In this document: positions 37,547 through 47,914 of the stretch, piece by piece
How positions within the stretch are numbered: position 1 is the first letter of the stretch
Layout: each line of letters starts with the position of its first letter
Source: Cyclobacteriaceae bacterium
Lineage (GTDB): Bacteria > Bacteroidota > Bacteroidia > Cytophagales > Cyclobacteriaceae
Length of the DNA: 56,038 bases
NCBI GenBank assembly: GCA_044228905.1
Contig: JBGATZ010000001.1
Span: 1-56,038, forward strand
Reading direction: 5' to 3'
Position numbers and translations under genes: made by a program
Notes under the pieces: model-generated
Told to the model about the DNA's origin: nothing
The model's database searches: none
Seen by the model: the letters and a program-made list of their open reading frames with translations, nothing else

Positions 37547-39249
37547 AAGGCGGAAGCAATCGGCTTCACGTCTGCTACCTCAAATGCTTTAGTGTATTTC
37601 TCCTTATACTTCAATGCTTCTTTCGATTTCCCCTGCGCATCAAGGCTTTGACTCAATCCCAGGGATGACCAGCCATTTCCGGGATTCATCATCAGATCTT
37701 CTTTATAAACGGCTTCCGCTTCTTTGAATTTATTCATCTTTAATAAATAAGCTCCCAGATACTGACGTGCAGGAATCAACCAGTCCTGTGGCTCACGGTA
37801 AACCATTTTATCTTCTTCATCAATCGCACTTTTGAAAGTACTAACCGACTCTTCAAACTTTCCTTCTTCGAATAAAATCTCTCCGGTGAGTATACCTGAT
37901 GCAATACGGCAGGATTGCATCGGGCTATTGAATGGCATTAATCTTACCGATAATAAACTGTCTTTCATAGCTTCATTCAATTCACTCAAACTCTGTTTGG
38001 CAGCCTTCAGGTCCTTATTATGGATTTGAGCCAGACCTTTCGCAAAACGATCCAATACGTATGCATACTTCCAATTCACGTTTGGCGCTGGCGATTGCAA
38101 AACTTCATCCCATTTTCCGAGACGCACACGCGCAATCACCGGCATCATGTACACAAACTGTGCATACGTTTCTTTCTCCATTACCGGAATCAACGCGGAT
38201 TGTCTGTTACGCGCACGATCGTAGATACGAATTCCGTCACGATACATTCCAGCAGTCATAGCACAATACGATTGCACGGCATAGTAATGAATGGATTTAT
38301 CCTTTCCGATATTCAGACCCGGAGCATAATCATCCAATTGGTTATTCATACTGCTCGCATCGTCATTCACTTTCACTCCCTTCGCATACAATCCGTTTCG
38401 CTGATACATGTGCGATGACATATGCACCATATGCGGTATACCTGGTAATTTGTCTTTTAATATATCAGCGGAAGCCAATGCCCGATCCGGCTGACGCGAA
38501 GCTTCTGTGAGATGAATGTAATAATGAAGGATAGCAGGATGTTGCGACTTCTTCAACACGCCTTCAGATAACGTAATCAGTTCTGAAGTCCACGGACGGG
38601 CCACGCCATCATGACTCCAGAAATCCCACTTGTGCTCGAGCATGACTGCATCGATATACAATGCCTTAATGTTATCGTCATCCGGATATTTTTTTATTAA
38701 TGATGCCAAAGCCATTGCATAGTTTCTATCCAATAGTTTCCTGTCTGCATTGGTGAGGTCGTTCGAATATCTTTTTTGCAATGCATTAATCAGATCTTTT
38801 TCCTTTTCTGTTGCACCCGATGAAAGCCTGATCATCGAAGCAACTGCCTGAGGTACTTCCTTAGTCATTTTATATACGTAGGTGTTATAAAATGGACCCA
38901 TAGCCAATGCCTGCCCCCAGTAACTCATGCTACCAGAGGGATCGATACGACTTGCCTCCTTGAAAGAAGCCAAAGCTTCGGAAAAATGATAACCATAATA
39001 AAAGCTAAGTCCCTGGTTGAAGTATCGCTGAGCACTATCTTTCTTCGTTGAAATCTTATAATCCAGGTCACCCCAACCCGATACCAACGGTATATATTTT
39101 CCATCCGCTCCGGGGGTGATCAGGCCTGGAGAAGAGGCACAGAGCGTGATATCCGGATTCGAAACTGACTTCGAGGGAGTTTTAATGTCAAGCAGTGAAA
39201 AAAAGAAACTGAGAATTAACAGCGGTCCCACAATATAAAAGCTCTTCAT
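37543..39249 (-). CDS. TPR-like helical repeat protein with His cluster
   Basis: AQRYFNQGL, YWGQALAMGP, HYYIHLTE, HMVHMSSHMY and C-terminal TPRs (NPGNGWS..GL). Confidence 0.75.
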   Translation of the reverse strand: MKSFYIVGPLLILSFFFSLLDIKTPSKSVSNPDITLCASSPGLITPGADGKYIPLVSGWGDLDYKISTKKDSAQRYFNQGLSFYYGYHFSEALASFKEASRIDPSGSMSYWGQALAMGPFYNTYVYKMTKEVPQAVASMIRLSSGATEKEKDLINALQKRYSNDLTNADRKLLDRNYAMALASLIKKYPDDDNIKALYIDAVMLEHKWDFWSHDGVARPWTSELITLSEGVLKKSQHPAILHYYIHLTEASRQPDRALASADILKDKLPGIPHMVHMSSHMYQRNGLYAKGVKVNDDASSMNNQLDDYAPGLNIGKDKSIHYYAVQSYCAMTAGMYRDGIRIYDRARNRQSALIPVMEKETYAQFVYMMPVIARVRLGKWDEVLQSPAPNVNWKYAYVLDRFAKGLAQIHNKDLKAAKQSLSELNEAMKDSLLSVRLMPFNSPMQSCRIASGILTGEILFEEGKFEESVSTFKSAIDEEDKMVYREPQDWLIPARQYLGAYLLKMNKFKEAEAVYKEDLMMNPGNGWSSLGLSQSLDAQGKSKEALKYKEKYTKAFEVADVKPIASAF

Positions 39250-39406
39250 GGCGTGTATGTTGGTATTGAAAAGTACGCAAAAATTTATTGTACTTTATCT
39301 AAATCAAATGAACGGTATTGCAAACCTATGCAGAGGCATTTTTAGCGATTAATATGGTATCATTATTTTCTATAATTAACGATATTCGATCAATAACCAA
39401 GACTAT

Positions 39407-39757
39407 ATGAAATTCCTGGCACTTCAACCTTTTATTCCTTCTGGTAGCAACTTTGAAAGTTCGAAGCAATTCTTCGTTGAACTGGGATTTAGTATTAGCT
39501 GGGATGAAGGGGATTATGTAGGGTATGAGCGGGATGGCTGTCGATTCATCCTTCAAAAGTATGATGTAAAAGAATTTGCCGAAAATCTGATGCTCACAGT
39601 TCGGGTAGACAATGTAGTGGAATTCAGAAATAACGTATTGGAGAATAAACTACCGGAGAAATACGGCATCCAGATCAGCAAGCCAATACAGCAGCCCTAC
39701 GGTAAAGAAGTGAACATTATCGATCTGGCTGGTGTATGCTGGCACTTCGTGGAATAA
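39407..39757 (+). CDS. VOC/glyoxalase-like protein
   Basis: PFIPSG.NFE.S..FF.ELGF and QPYGKEV.IIDLAGVCWHF VOC pattern. Confidence 0.75.
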   Translation: MKFLALQPFIPSGSNFESSKQFFVELGFSISWDEGDYVGYERDGCRFILQKYDVKEFAENLMLTVRVDNVVEFRNNVLENKLPEKYGIQISKPIQQPYGKEVNIIDLAGVCWHFVE

Positions 39758-39850
39758 CCGATTTTCACAATTTGAAATCGATTTGAAACAGGTTTGATCA
39801 ACTAAAATCGTTCTGGCAAGCTCATTTTTGTCGTCATCAACCCAACTACC

Positions 39851-40996
39851 ATGACGATGAAAAATATCCTGATTCTTCTTTTCTGTTTACTTTATGCCTC
39901 TATTTGTTTTGCACAAAAGAGACAATCAAACCCCAAAGAGCAGCGCATTCCTCTGGCTGCCGAAAAATGGAATTTCGATTCTCAAAAAACTGAATTTACC
40001 TCTTACAAAAACGTACCTGTCATAAAGCTCAAAGGCAGTAAGGCAGAGCTAAAGGATTTTGTATTTATCAATGGTACTATTGAATTTGATGTGGAGCCCA
40101 GTGATGCCGAGCATTCGCCTTTTGTAACGATGTATTTCCGTTATCAAAACGAAAAAGAAAATGAATGTTTTTATCTGCGCGTTGGTCGGGAGAATAATCT
40201 ACAACGCAATGATGCAGTTCAATATGCTCCGTTTGTGGATGGCGTAAATCTTTGGGATATCCTGCCTCATTATCAAGGACCGGCACAATTGAACAACAAA
40301 GACTGGAATCACATCAAACTGGTTATCTCAGGATTGCAGATGCGCGCTTTCGTCAACAATCTTGAAGAGCCTGCTTTACAAATCCCAAGACTGGAGGGAA
40401 ATGTAACCAAAGGGTCCGTTGTATTTGAAGGATTGGCCGCATTTGCCAATCTTGTTATCAAACCGGAGGCAATCGATGACTTGTCATCAAAAGAAGGAAT
40501 TGATCTCACTGGCCACGATGCGAATTACATTCGCAATTGGAGGATTTCTTCTCCGCAACCACTGCCTAAAGGCAGAGAAGTGTGGCAGGGGGATTATCCA
40601 AAAGATGAAAATGCTGTATGGGAATCAATTACAGCTGAAAGACTGGGGCTTATCAATGTGACGCGCAAATTCGGAAGAAGTGAAAGCAGACGTTTTGTCT
40701 TTCTGAAAACAAAAATCAAATCAGTAACCCAAAAAGAAGTAAAGGTAGATTTTGGATTCAGTGATGAGGCGTGGGTTTTCATCAACGGATCACTCGCATA
40801 CGCAGATAAAAATCTTTACGTACAAACTATGAGAAAATATCCGGATGGAAGGTTATCCATTGACAACTCTTCGTTTATTATTCCACTCCGTCAGGGGGAT
40901 AATGAACTGGTAATTGCACTGGCCAACGACTTTTACGGATGGGGAATCATTGCCAGGCTACAGGAGATGGAAGGAATTGAATTTACCAGAGAATGA
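39851..40996 (+). CDS. secreted protein with DUF1080/ConA-like domain
   Basis: Signal peptide; FINGTIEFDV, ECFYLR and WNHIKLVISG motifs; C-terminal beta-sandwich (GFSDEAWVFING, LRQGDNELVI). Confidence 0.65.
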   Translation: MTMKNILILLFCLLYASICFAQKRQSNPKEQRIPLAAEKWNFDSQKTEFTSYKNVPVIKLKGSKAELKDFVFINGTIEFDVEPSDAEHSPFVTMYFRYQNEKENECFYLRVGRENNLQRNDAVQYAPFVDGVNLWDILPHYQGPAQLNNKDWNHIKLVISGLQMRAFVNNLEEPALQIPRLEGNVTKGSVVFEGLAAFANLVIKPEAIDDLSSKEGIDLTGHDANYIRNWRISSPQPLPKGREVWQGDYPKDENAVWESITAERLGLINVTRKFGRSESRRFVFLKTKIKSVTQKEVKVDFGFSDEAWVFINGSLAYADKNLYVQTMRKYPDGRLSIDNSSFIIPLRQGDNELVIALANDFYGWGIIARLQEMEGIEFTRE

Positions 40997-41013
40997 ATCT
41001 ATAAATGATGCGC

Positions 41014-41622
41014 TTAGTATAGCTCCTTTTCTATCAATGCTCTTAGTTCCAGTATGGATATGCTTTGCTGTACTCTTTTATTGTCGCCAAGATGATAAAA
41101 GTCAATATATCCCACTTTAGTTATTGTATTAAATTCCCCCAATATGTGATCAAGATATAAGAATGCTAAAGTTTGATACTTCTTAGGGTCTTCATCCATA
41201 TTCCTGATGAAGACATGAATATTAACCAACTCCGCCTTAGGGTCAATTTCCGGAATGATCTCAATATCATCAGATGAATATTCTAATCCATCGTAGTTTA
41301 AGGCGATATCATCATTTGGTTGTCGGAATTTTTTGATAACCCAATTCGCTATAGAAGGAGAGCTCTCTCCTAATTTTTTTGTCGGTTCAACGCCATCCTT
41401 TCTGCCATCCGGAGTGATGATCAGAACGTACTTATCATCACCTGTTTTTGTAAGTTCAGGAAACAGCAGCTTGTGATATGTCTGAATTCTTGCTGTGAGT
41501 GTATTATAGACTGAATAATCAGAACTATTTGAATCAATAAAATTTTCAATGTCAGATTTATTCTCAACAAACCAATCCCAAAATCTTTTCTCTTTACTTT
41601 CTCTCTTAAATATTTCAAACAT
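41014..41622 (-). CDS. hypothetical protein
   Basis: 202-aa ORF with FWDWF, LIITPDG and LDHILGEF motifs; no confident family assignment. Confidence 0.65.
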   Translation of the reverse strand: MFEIFKRESKEKRFWDWFVENKSDIENFIDSNSSDYSVYNTLTARIQTYHKLLFPELTKTGDDKYVLIITPDGRKDGVEPTKKLGESSPSIANWVIKKFRQPNDDIALNYDGLEYSSDDIEIIPEIDPKAELVNIHVFIRNMDEDPKKYQTLAFLYLDHILGEFNTITKVGYIDFYHLGDNKRVQQSISILELRALIEKELY

Positions 41623-41624
41623 AA

Positions 41625-43660
41625 TTAATACGTCTTTTCAGAATCGGTTATGATTGCCTCAATAAGTTTCACGAGGTCACTCATGTCCCTGAAGTCCATC
41701 ACCTCAACGGGAGAATGGGAATAGCGGCCCGGCCAGGAAAGAGGAACAGAAGGGATATCATATTTCAAAAATCCTTGTCCGTCTGTTCCACCGGCCGTCA
41801 TTCCATATTGCGTTTTAACATTTCGTTTCAAAGCCAGATTCTCCAGATACTTAAAGTTCTCACGACTCACAATGTTCATGCTCTCCAATACTCTGATCAC
41901 CGCGCCATTACCCAGTGGACAATAGGCAAAAATCCGGGGATCAACAGGATCATCAGATGAAACAAACGTATCAATCGGATAAACCATTTTAATGTCCTTC
42001 AATTTCTGAGAAGCAAACGTAGAACCCACCAATCCTGTCTCTTCTTGCACCGACCAAACAAAGGTAACAGTAAAAGGTAATTGCTCTGGCCTTACATTTT
42101 GCAATGCCAATAAAAGGGCCGCACATCCTACCCGATCATCAAATCCTCTTGCTGTTGCTTTATTCTCATTTAATCGGATCATTTTCTTAGGCATTGTTAC
42201 TGTAGTGACACGTTCCTGAATACCAGCCCTGAGAGCTTCCTGTTTTGACATAAAACCAGCAAAGACAATAGGCGTTACTTCTCCGTTGGATCTTTGCATT
42301 GCAGTCAAATAGTTTGATCGCGGTTCAAACAACGCGGGAATATCTTTACTATTCGCGTGAACAATCGCAGCATGCCCTTCCCATACTGAATTAAAAAATC
42401 CTCCCCGTTGACTCAATACCAACCTTCCATCACTACGAATCGAGTCCACTACATATCCCACTTCATCCATATGAGCAACAAATGCAATGTGCTGTTTTCC
42501 CTTACCAAAGGTCAAAACAATATTACCCTTCGAATCTGTCTCTGGTTTTGCCCATGAAGGTACCTGGGATAAGATAAAATCTCTCACCGACTTTTCTGCT
42601 TCACTTACACCGTACTTAGAAACCAGATTTGCCAACAGTTCATTCTCTTTCTTCGCAGTTTGATAGGCCATGACTTGATCCGGTTTGGTTACCGGACTTT
42701 TTACAGCCACGAGATTCCATGTTTTATCTTCTACCATTCTCAGCCATGTTTGAGTGAGTTGCTCAATTGCTTTTCCATGAATCATCTCCACTGGTGTATG
42801 CGTATAGTCTGACGGAAAACCAATGCCATATACTTTCGCGGAATCCCAGTCAGGGCTTCCTGTCACAATGTGCCTGAATTGAGTCTCCGGTTCAACAATC
42901 CGATGTTTCAGATTAAGCGGTAATTTTTTGTCGGCAAGAACTTCAGATGGATCATTAATATTGCGGGTAAGAAAACGATTGAACCGAACTACTCTGTCAA
43001 AGGGGCCGTACCTGGTTACTACACTTTCTATTCCTTTTCCATTGATCAACTCCAAAGTAGTGAATGCTACTATTACCGTACCTGAAAATTTCGTTTGCAT
43101 TAATGTTTTTGCAGCAATCGCAAGTGACATCACTGCTGCTTTTGACTTCACAGAAGCAGCCGCCAGTAATTCATCATTAATAATGACCGGTTTTTTGTTT
43201 TGCTTTCTGTCAGTGCCCTTAATCCTTCAAAGTGAGTAGAAGGTACAATAGCTACACCCAGCGCATATCCCGAATCAGTATTGATTCTTATTTCATTTCC
43301 CTCCAGAAACTGATGATACATAGTCCCCAGGTGACCATACCCCGCGGGGGTAATTCTCAGATATCCATTTTCCTGTATTGCACTGACGAGATAACCCGGC
43401 TCATCCAATGGAGCGGCCAAAAGTCGTTTAGGAGATCCACTTCCAATCGTCAGGATAAGGTTTCCGAGATTATCTTTCTTTAATGCTCCTTCAGCAAACA
43501 AAGACTTAACAAACTGAACAGCTTCTTCTTCACGGCCAGTTACGGCACTTGTGCAACTAAAGGAATGAGTCAATTGCAGTGTCTCATTGAGTTTAATCTG
43601 AGCATTAAGAACGAATGAGTTAAATAGCAGTAAACAAATAATTAGCTGATGCGTCTTCAT
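41625..43660 (-). pseudogene. secreted M42/M20-family aminopeptidase with tandem domains, split by a frameshifting lesion near 43195
   Basis: A signal peptide follows ATG 43660. The first domain (AVTGREE, DNLGN, AAPLDEPG) continues in another frame as NKKPVIINDELLAAAS. The second domain has VAHMDEVG, FDDRVG, VQEETG, GGTDG and RYSHSP. Confidence 0.8.
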
Positions 43661-43728
43661 TGATTTGGATTCAGAGAAGGAAGATAGCAATTATCCCATC
43701 ATTCTGCGATGAGAGTTACATGGAGGGC

Positions 43729-44988
43729 TTATCTCCGAAATCTATTCATCGAATCATAGGCAAGACCTAATCCAACACTGGATAGTTTATTTTCATCTGC
43801 TACGGCTGCTTTCGGAAAAAGTCGTTTGAACTCGGCCTGCACAAGAGGAACTTCAGTAGAGCCGCCCGTAAGGATAACCAAATCAATATCTTCATTTTTC
43901 ACCCCTGCCTGCCGGAGACATTGTGTAGCTGAACGAGAGATCTTCTCAACCTCTTCTTTAATCGCTTCTTCAAACTGAATGCGCTTAATCTTTACCGTCA
44001 ATCCTTCTTCAATGAAATCAAATGGAGTTTGATAATCGCTGGCAGAAGTTAATGCAATTTTGGTTTCTTCCGTGGCTGCCAGCAGGGAGTGACCTGTTTC
44101 CTGTTCCAGTATCTGCAACAATCGCTGATACCTTTTCTTGTCATGCGCCTGAAAAAGGATCTGTCTCGTCTGAGAAATTATCTTCGTTGTGTACAGAAAA
44201 TTCACTTTACTCCATTCGGCTAAATCGTTGAATGGTTTGGGAGGAACTTCCAGACTTTTTTCTCCATAAGTAGTCTGATAACCAATCTCAGGCATCACAG
44301 CTGCAAGACTCAGGTCTTTGTCAAAGTCATTTCCCCCTACACGCACACCGGTGTTGGCCAGAATATCGGAAGTACGGTCCGTTTTGTGAATGTATTTGTT
44401 TGATAACCTGATCACCGTAAAATCAGAAGTACCTCCGCCAAGATCGGCCACGATAGCCAGCTTCTCTCCTTCTATTTTTACTTCATGGGCAAAGGCTGCC
44501 GCGATGGGTTCAAATTGAAATTCAACGTGCTTAAATCCTACTTGCTGTGCAATGGTTTTCAGTTCAGATTCTGCCCTGGCATCACCTTCAGGATCATTAT
44601 CAATAAAGTGCACTGGTCTTCCCATCACTACATACTCCAGATCAATACCTGCAGAGAGATCGGTTTTGTCTTTCAGATTTTTTAAGAACGAAGCAATGAT
44701 TTTCTCAAAACGCATTGGCTTTCCATTCACCAATGTTCCTTGTTTCATCAGTGAGGTTCCTAACACACGCTTCAGACTTCGCATGAAGCGTCCGTCTTTT
44801 CTGCTGAAGAACAGGTCTACTGCTTCACGACCATAATGGGGAACATTTCCTTTTCGTTCGAAAAACAGAGCACTTGGAATAGTTATGCTGGAGTTCTCAA
44901 CAGGAACAAGATCAATCCCGTCTTCTTTCACCAAAGCAACACTGGAATTTGATGTACCGAAATCTATTCCACAGGAAATGACACTCAT
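43729..44988 (-). CDS. Hsp70-family protein (YegD-like, lacking a substrate-binding domain)
   Basis: GIDFGTSNS, VMGRPVHF, EPIAAA, DLGGGTSDF and LTGGS motifs; 419 aa. Confidence 0.88.
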   Translation of the reverse strand: MSVISCGIDFGTSNSSVALVKEDGIDLVPVENSSITIPSALFFERKGNVPHYGREAVDLFFSRKDGRFMRSLKRVLGTSLMKQGTLVNGKPMRFEKIIASFLKNLKDKTDLSAGIDLEYVVMGRPVHFIDNDPEGDARAESELKTIAQQVGFKHVEFQFEPIAAAFAHEVKIEGEKLAIVADLGGGTSDFTVIRLSNKYIHKTDRTSDILANTGVRVGGNDFDKDLSLAAVMPEIGYQTTYGEKSLEVPPKPFNDLAEWSKVNFLYTTKIISQTRQILFQAHDKKRYQRLLQILEQETGHSLLAATEETKIALTSASDYQTPFDFIEEGLTVKIKRIQFEEAIKEEVEKISRSATQCLRQAGVKNEDIDLVILTGGSTEVPLVQAEFKRLFPKAAVADENKLSSVGLGLAYDSMNRFRR

Positions 44989-45055
44989 GAGCCAAAATTT
45001 TTTGAGGGCTACAAGAGTACAATATTAATCTCAATGCACAATGGTCACCTTGAAA

Positions 45056-45427
45056 CTATTCAGATTTAAATTCCGGATTGTAGATCAGTCCGATGATATT
45101 TCCCCAGGGATCTTTTACAGTAGCTACCACGATTTCTCCCCCCACATTTTGTGGTTTCTCATGTTCTGTTGCACCGGCTGAAATAAAGCGCTGATATTCT
45201 TTTTCAACGTCACTCACGCCCCAATAAGTCAAAACAGAATCGGGTTTCTTAGTAGTTGGGTTATCTTCCGGTTGCAGACCCAGCTCATATCCCGCGATAT
45301 TATAACCCACATAAAGGGTTCATCAAAATAAGGAGTGCTTTCAAACACTTTGCTGTACAGGCCTTGCTCTAGTCACATCAGCTACTTTGTAGATGGCCGT
45401 TCGTAATCCAAGAATTGCTTTGCTCAT
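45056..45427 (-). pseudogene. VOC/glyoxalase-family protein with several single-base deletions (likely sequence error)
   Basis: ATG 45427 reads MSKAILGLRTAIYKVAD; YSKVFESTPYFDEP and GYNIAGYELGL...DPWGNIIGLI follow in shifted frames. Confidence 0.78.
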
Positions 45428-45434
45428 TTTATAC

Positions 45435-46448
45435 TTAAATAACTAAATGATTATTTTTTACTTCTTCATAAACTACTTTAATCCTTGCTTCATTCAGCAT
45501 TCTTTTTAATGTAACTACATCTTTCTTCATTGCAGTCAGCGCTTCTTCTTTGCTTATTGAAAGGGTCTTTGCTCCGTTCTCAGCTCCCCCTAATGGATAC
45601 TCATAATGAATAGAAAACGGACCTTGTATATTGTATTCCTTAACTAATCTAAAATACTTCTTATAATCAATCATCCCTTCACCAAGCGGAACCACCTCTG
45701 CCTTCCATCCCGAATCCTTTTTTGTCCAGCGATAGTCTTTAATATCCATAGTTCGAATGTGCGACTTCAATAATTTCAGACCCAAGGGCCAGGAATTTGC
45801 ACCCTCTACATTAGCATGAAGCACATCATACTGTGATCCTAAATACGCTGGGTCAATGTTCTTTATTGCACCTGCCAGATCCCAAATGGGAGCTCCGAAA
45901 CTTGTACCCTGGTGATTCTGATATCCGCCATGTATGCTATACTTCTTATTCAACTCGGCCAGCTTAGCCAATTGATTTGTAATCTTAACCAAGTTATCAT
46001 CCAAACTTATTTTATCATCATAATTAATCCATCCCATCCGGTAATATGAAATACCAAGAGAATTAGCCGTTTTTAATATAGGCTCCGTGAGCGGATCATC
46101 TGCGCGTATGATAGCCGTGGTCATCATAAATACATTTAACCCCGCCTTCCTGACTGCTGCTACTGCTTTGGGCAAGTCTTCAACCACCCGCTCTGGCAGC
46201 ACGTGCCCTTCTGGACGAACCGTGAGATCAACTCCATCAAAACCCATTGCTGCTGCCGCTTCCGCCATACTTGTATAATCGAGCCAATGAAGGTTTTTTG
46301 AAAAAATATTAATAGAAAAAACTCCCGGGGCCGCAGCAGAGATTTTATCATTTGCCTGGACCTCATTTGCCTTTGCATTCAGTATAGTGGTGGCCCCTGC
46401 TGTCGCCAACATGGATTTTAAAATAAAATCACGTCTTGAAGTTTTCAT
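45435..46448 (-). CDS. sugar phosphate isomerase/epimerase (xylose isomerase-like TIM barrel), Tat-exported
   Basis: SRRDF Tat motif; FSK.L, GFDGVDLTVR, YQNH, D..H, IKD, VPLGEG and IHYE motifs. Confidence 0.85.
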   Translation of the reverse strand: MKTSRRDFILKSMLATAGATTILNAKANEVQANDKISAAAPGVFSINIFSKNLHWLDYTSMAEAAAAMGFDGVDLTVRPEGHVLPERVVEDLPKAVAAVRKAGLNVFMMTTAIIRADDPLTEPILKTANSLGISYYRMGWINYDDKISLDDNLVKITNQLAKLAELNKKYSIHGGYQNHQGTSFGAPIWDLAGAIKNIDPAYLGSQYDVLHANVEGANSWPLGLKLLKSHIRTMDIKDYRWTKKDSGWKAEVVPLGEGMIDYKKYFRLVKEYNIQGPFSIHYEYPLGGAENGAKTLSISKEEALTAMKKDVVTLKRMLNEARIKVVYEEVKNNHLVI

Positions 46449-46595
46449 AGTTATCCGTTACTCACTAAATATCTAACCATTTTCTGAAACTGCAATGACA
46501 AAACATTACCACTTAAATAATTCAGAACCGCAACATTGCAGGTTGTTTCCCTTATCTTTAAGGTGCATTTTATTAATTAACTATCTGTATTATTT

Positions 46596-47501
46596 ATGAG
46601 CTCAGAATTAAATTTTAATTTATCTCTTTCCAGAAGAGCATTCATTGCCACATCTGCTTCAGCTCTATTGCTTCCTTCCATTGGAAAATCTGAACAAATA
46701 CATCCTCCTATTGCCATGACGGTACAACAGGTGATTGATGCCATTTTAAAATCAATTCCGGTCGCGCCCATTAAAGACACGGTAGATACATTAAAGGCTG
46801 GCAAACCCGACATGCCTGTTACTGGAATTGTTTCTACGATGTTTGCCACTATACCTGTAATTAAAATGGCCGTAAATGCGAAAGCCAATTTTATTATCGC
46901 TCATGAACCTACATTCTACAATCATGCTGACGAAACCGCCTGGCTGGAAAAAGATAACGTATGGAAATATAAGACAGAATTGCTTGAAAAAAATAACATA
47001 GCCGTCTGGCGCTTTCATGATTACTGGCATTCTGTAAGGCCGGATGGAGTAATGATGGGCGTACTGAAATCATTGGATTGGCTGAAATATTACAATGCGG
47101 ATAAACCACAAATCATATCCATACCCGCGCTTACACTTGATGATTTAATAAAACATGCAAAACAAAAACTAAGCATTACCAACCTTCGTGTGATTGGCGA
47201 TCTTACTCAATCCTGTAAGAAGATTGCATTATTGCCCGGAGCCGCTGGTGGCCGGAGGCAGATTCAATTGATTCAAAATGAATCACCCGATGTGCTGCTA
47301 TGCGGAGAGTCACCCGAGTGGGAAACGATCGAGTACATACGTGACGCACAGGAAGCAGGATTGAATAAATCATTGATTGTGCTCGGGCATTCGGTGAGCG
47401 AAGAGCCCGGCATGGAATGGCTGGTTAACTGGTTGCAGCCTAAAGTACCCGGAATTTCAGTACTCCATGTCCCGTCACAGGATCCGTTTAAGTGGATGTA
47501 A
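46596..47501 (+). CDS. Nif3-like dinuclear metal-center protein with Tat-like signal
   Basis: LSRRAFI motif; TVDTLK.G, IIAHEPTFY, RFHDYWH and LGHSVSEEPGM motifs. Confidence 0.82.
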   Translation: MSSELNFNLSLSRRAFIATSASALLLPSIGKSEQIHPPIAMTVQQVIDAILKSIPVAPIKDTVDTLKAGKPDMPVTGIVSTMFATIPVIKMAVNAKANFIIAHEPTFYNHADETAWLEKDNVWKYKTELLEKNNIAVWRFHDYWHSVRPDGVMMGVLKSLDWLKYYNADKPQIISIPALTLDDLIKHAKQKLSITNLRVIGDLTQSCKKIALLPGAAGGRRQIQLIQNESPDVLLCGESPEWETIEYIRDAQEAGLNKSLIVLGHSVSEEPGMEWLVNWLQPKVPGISVLHVPSQDPFKWM

Positions 47502-47854
47502 CACTCATGCGAAGTGAATTAAAGAAAGCGGAAGGAGAGCGCAAAAAATTCAAAGCCACCTTTATCCGGCTGGGGAAGAAAAACGGCTATAAAGGTCAAA
47601 GCGAAGAAACCATTCTATTAAAGAATGTTATTGATCTTGAGACGAATAAAGAAGTCACGGATCATATCTGGTTTAGTTTCACCAAAGGATTTCAGGATGC
47701 ACGGCTTTCAGAAGGTATGATGGTTGAATTTGAAGCTCGCGTAAGAGAATACACGAAGGGCTATGTAAACAATCACTATAAAATCAATTTTGAATCGAAG
47801 GATTATAAACTAAGTCATCCAACAAAAATCAAAGCTCTAAAAAATTTCGTCTAA
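47492..47854 (+). CDS. hypothetical protein (small, basic, probable OB-like fold)
   Basis: 120-aa ORF with TILLKNV, TDHIWF, FEARV.EY.KGY and DYKLSHPTK motifs. The start may be ATG 47507. Confidence 0.7.
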   Translation: MDVTLMRSELKKAEGERKKFKATFIRLGKKNGYKGQSEETILLKNVIDLETNKEVTDHIWFSFTKGFQDARLSEGMMVEFEARVREYTKGYVNNHYKINFESKDYKLSHPTKIKALKNFV

Positions 47855-47860
47855 ATTCAC

Positions 47861-47899
47861 ATAGATAAAGCGCATATCCACTTATGCGCTTTTATCTAT
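47861..47899. terminator. long perfect hairpin between convergent genes
   Basis: ATAGATAAAGCGCATA-tccact-TATGCGCTTTATCTAT, 16-bp stem. Confidence 0.65.
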
Positions 47900-47914
47900 C
47901 TCACTATCAGAAAG

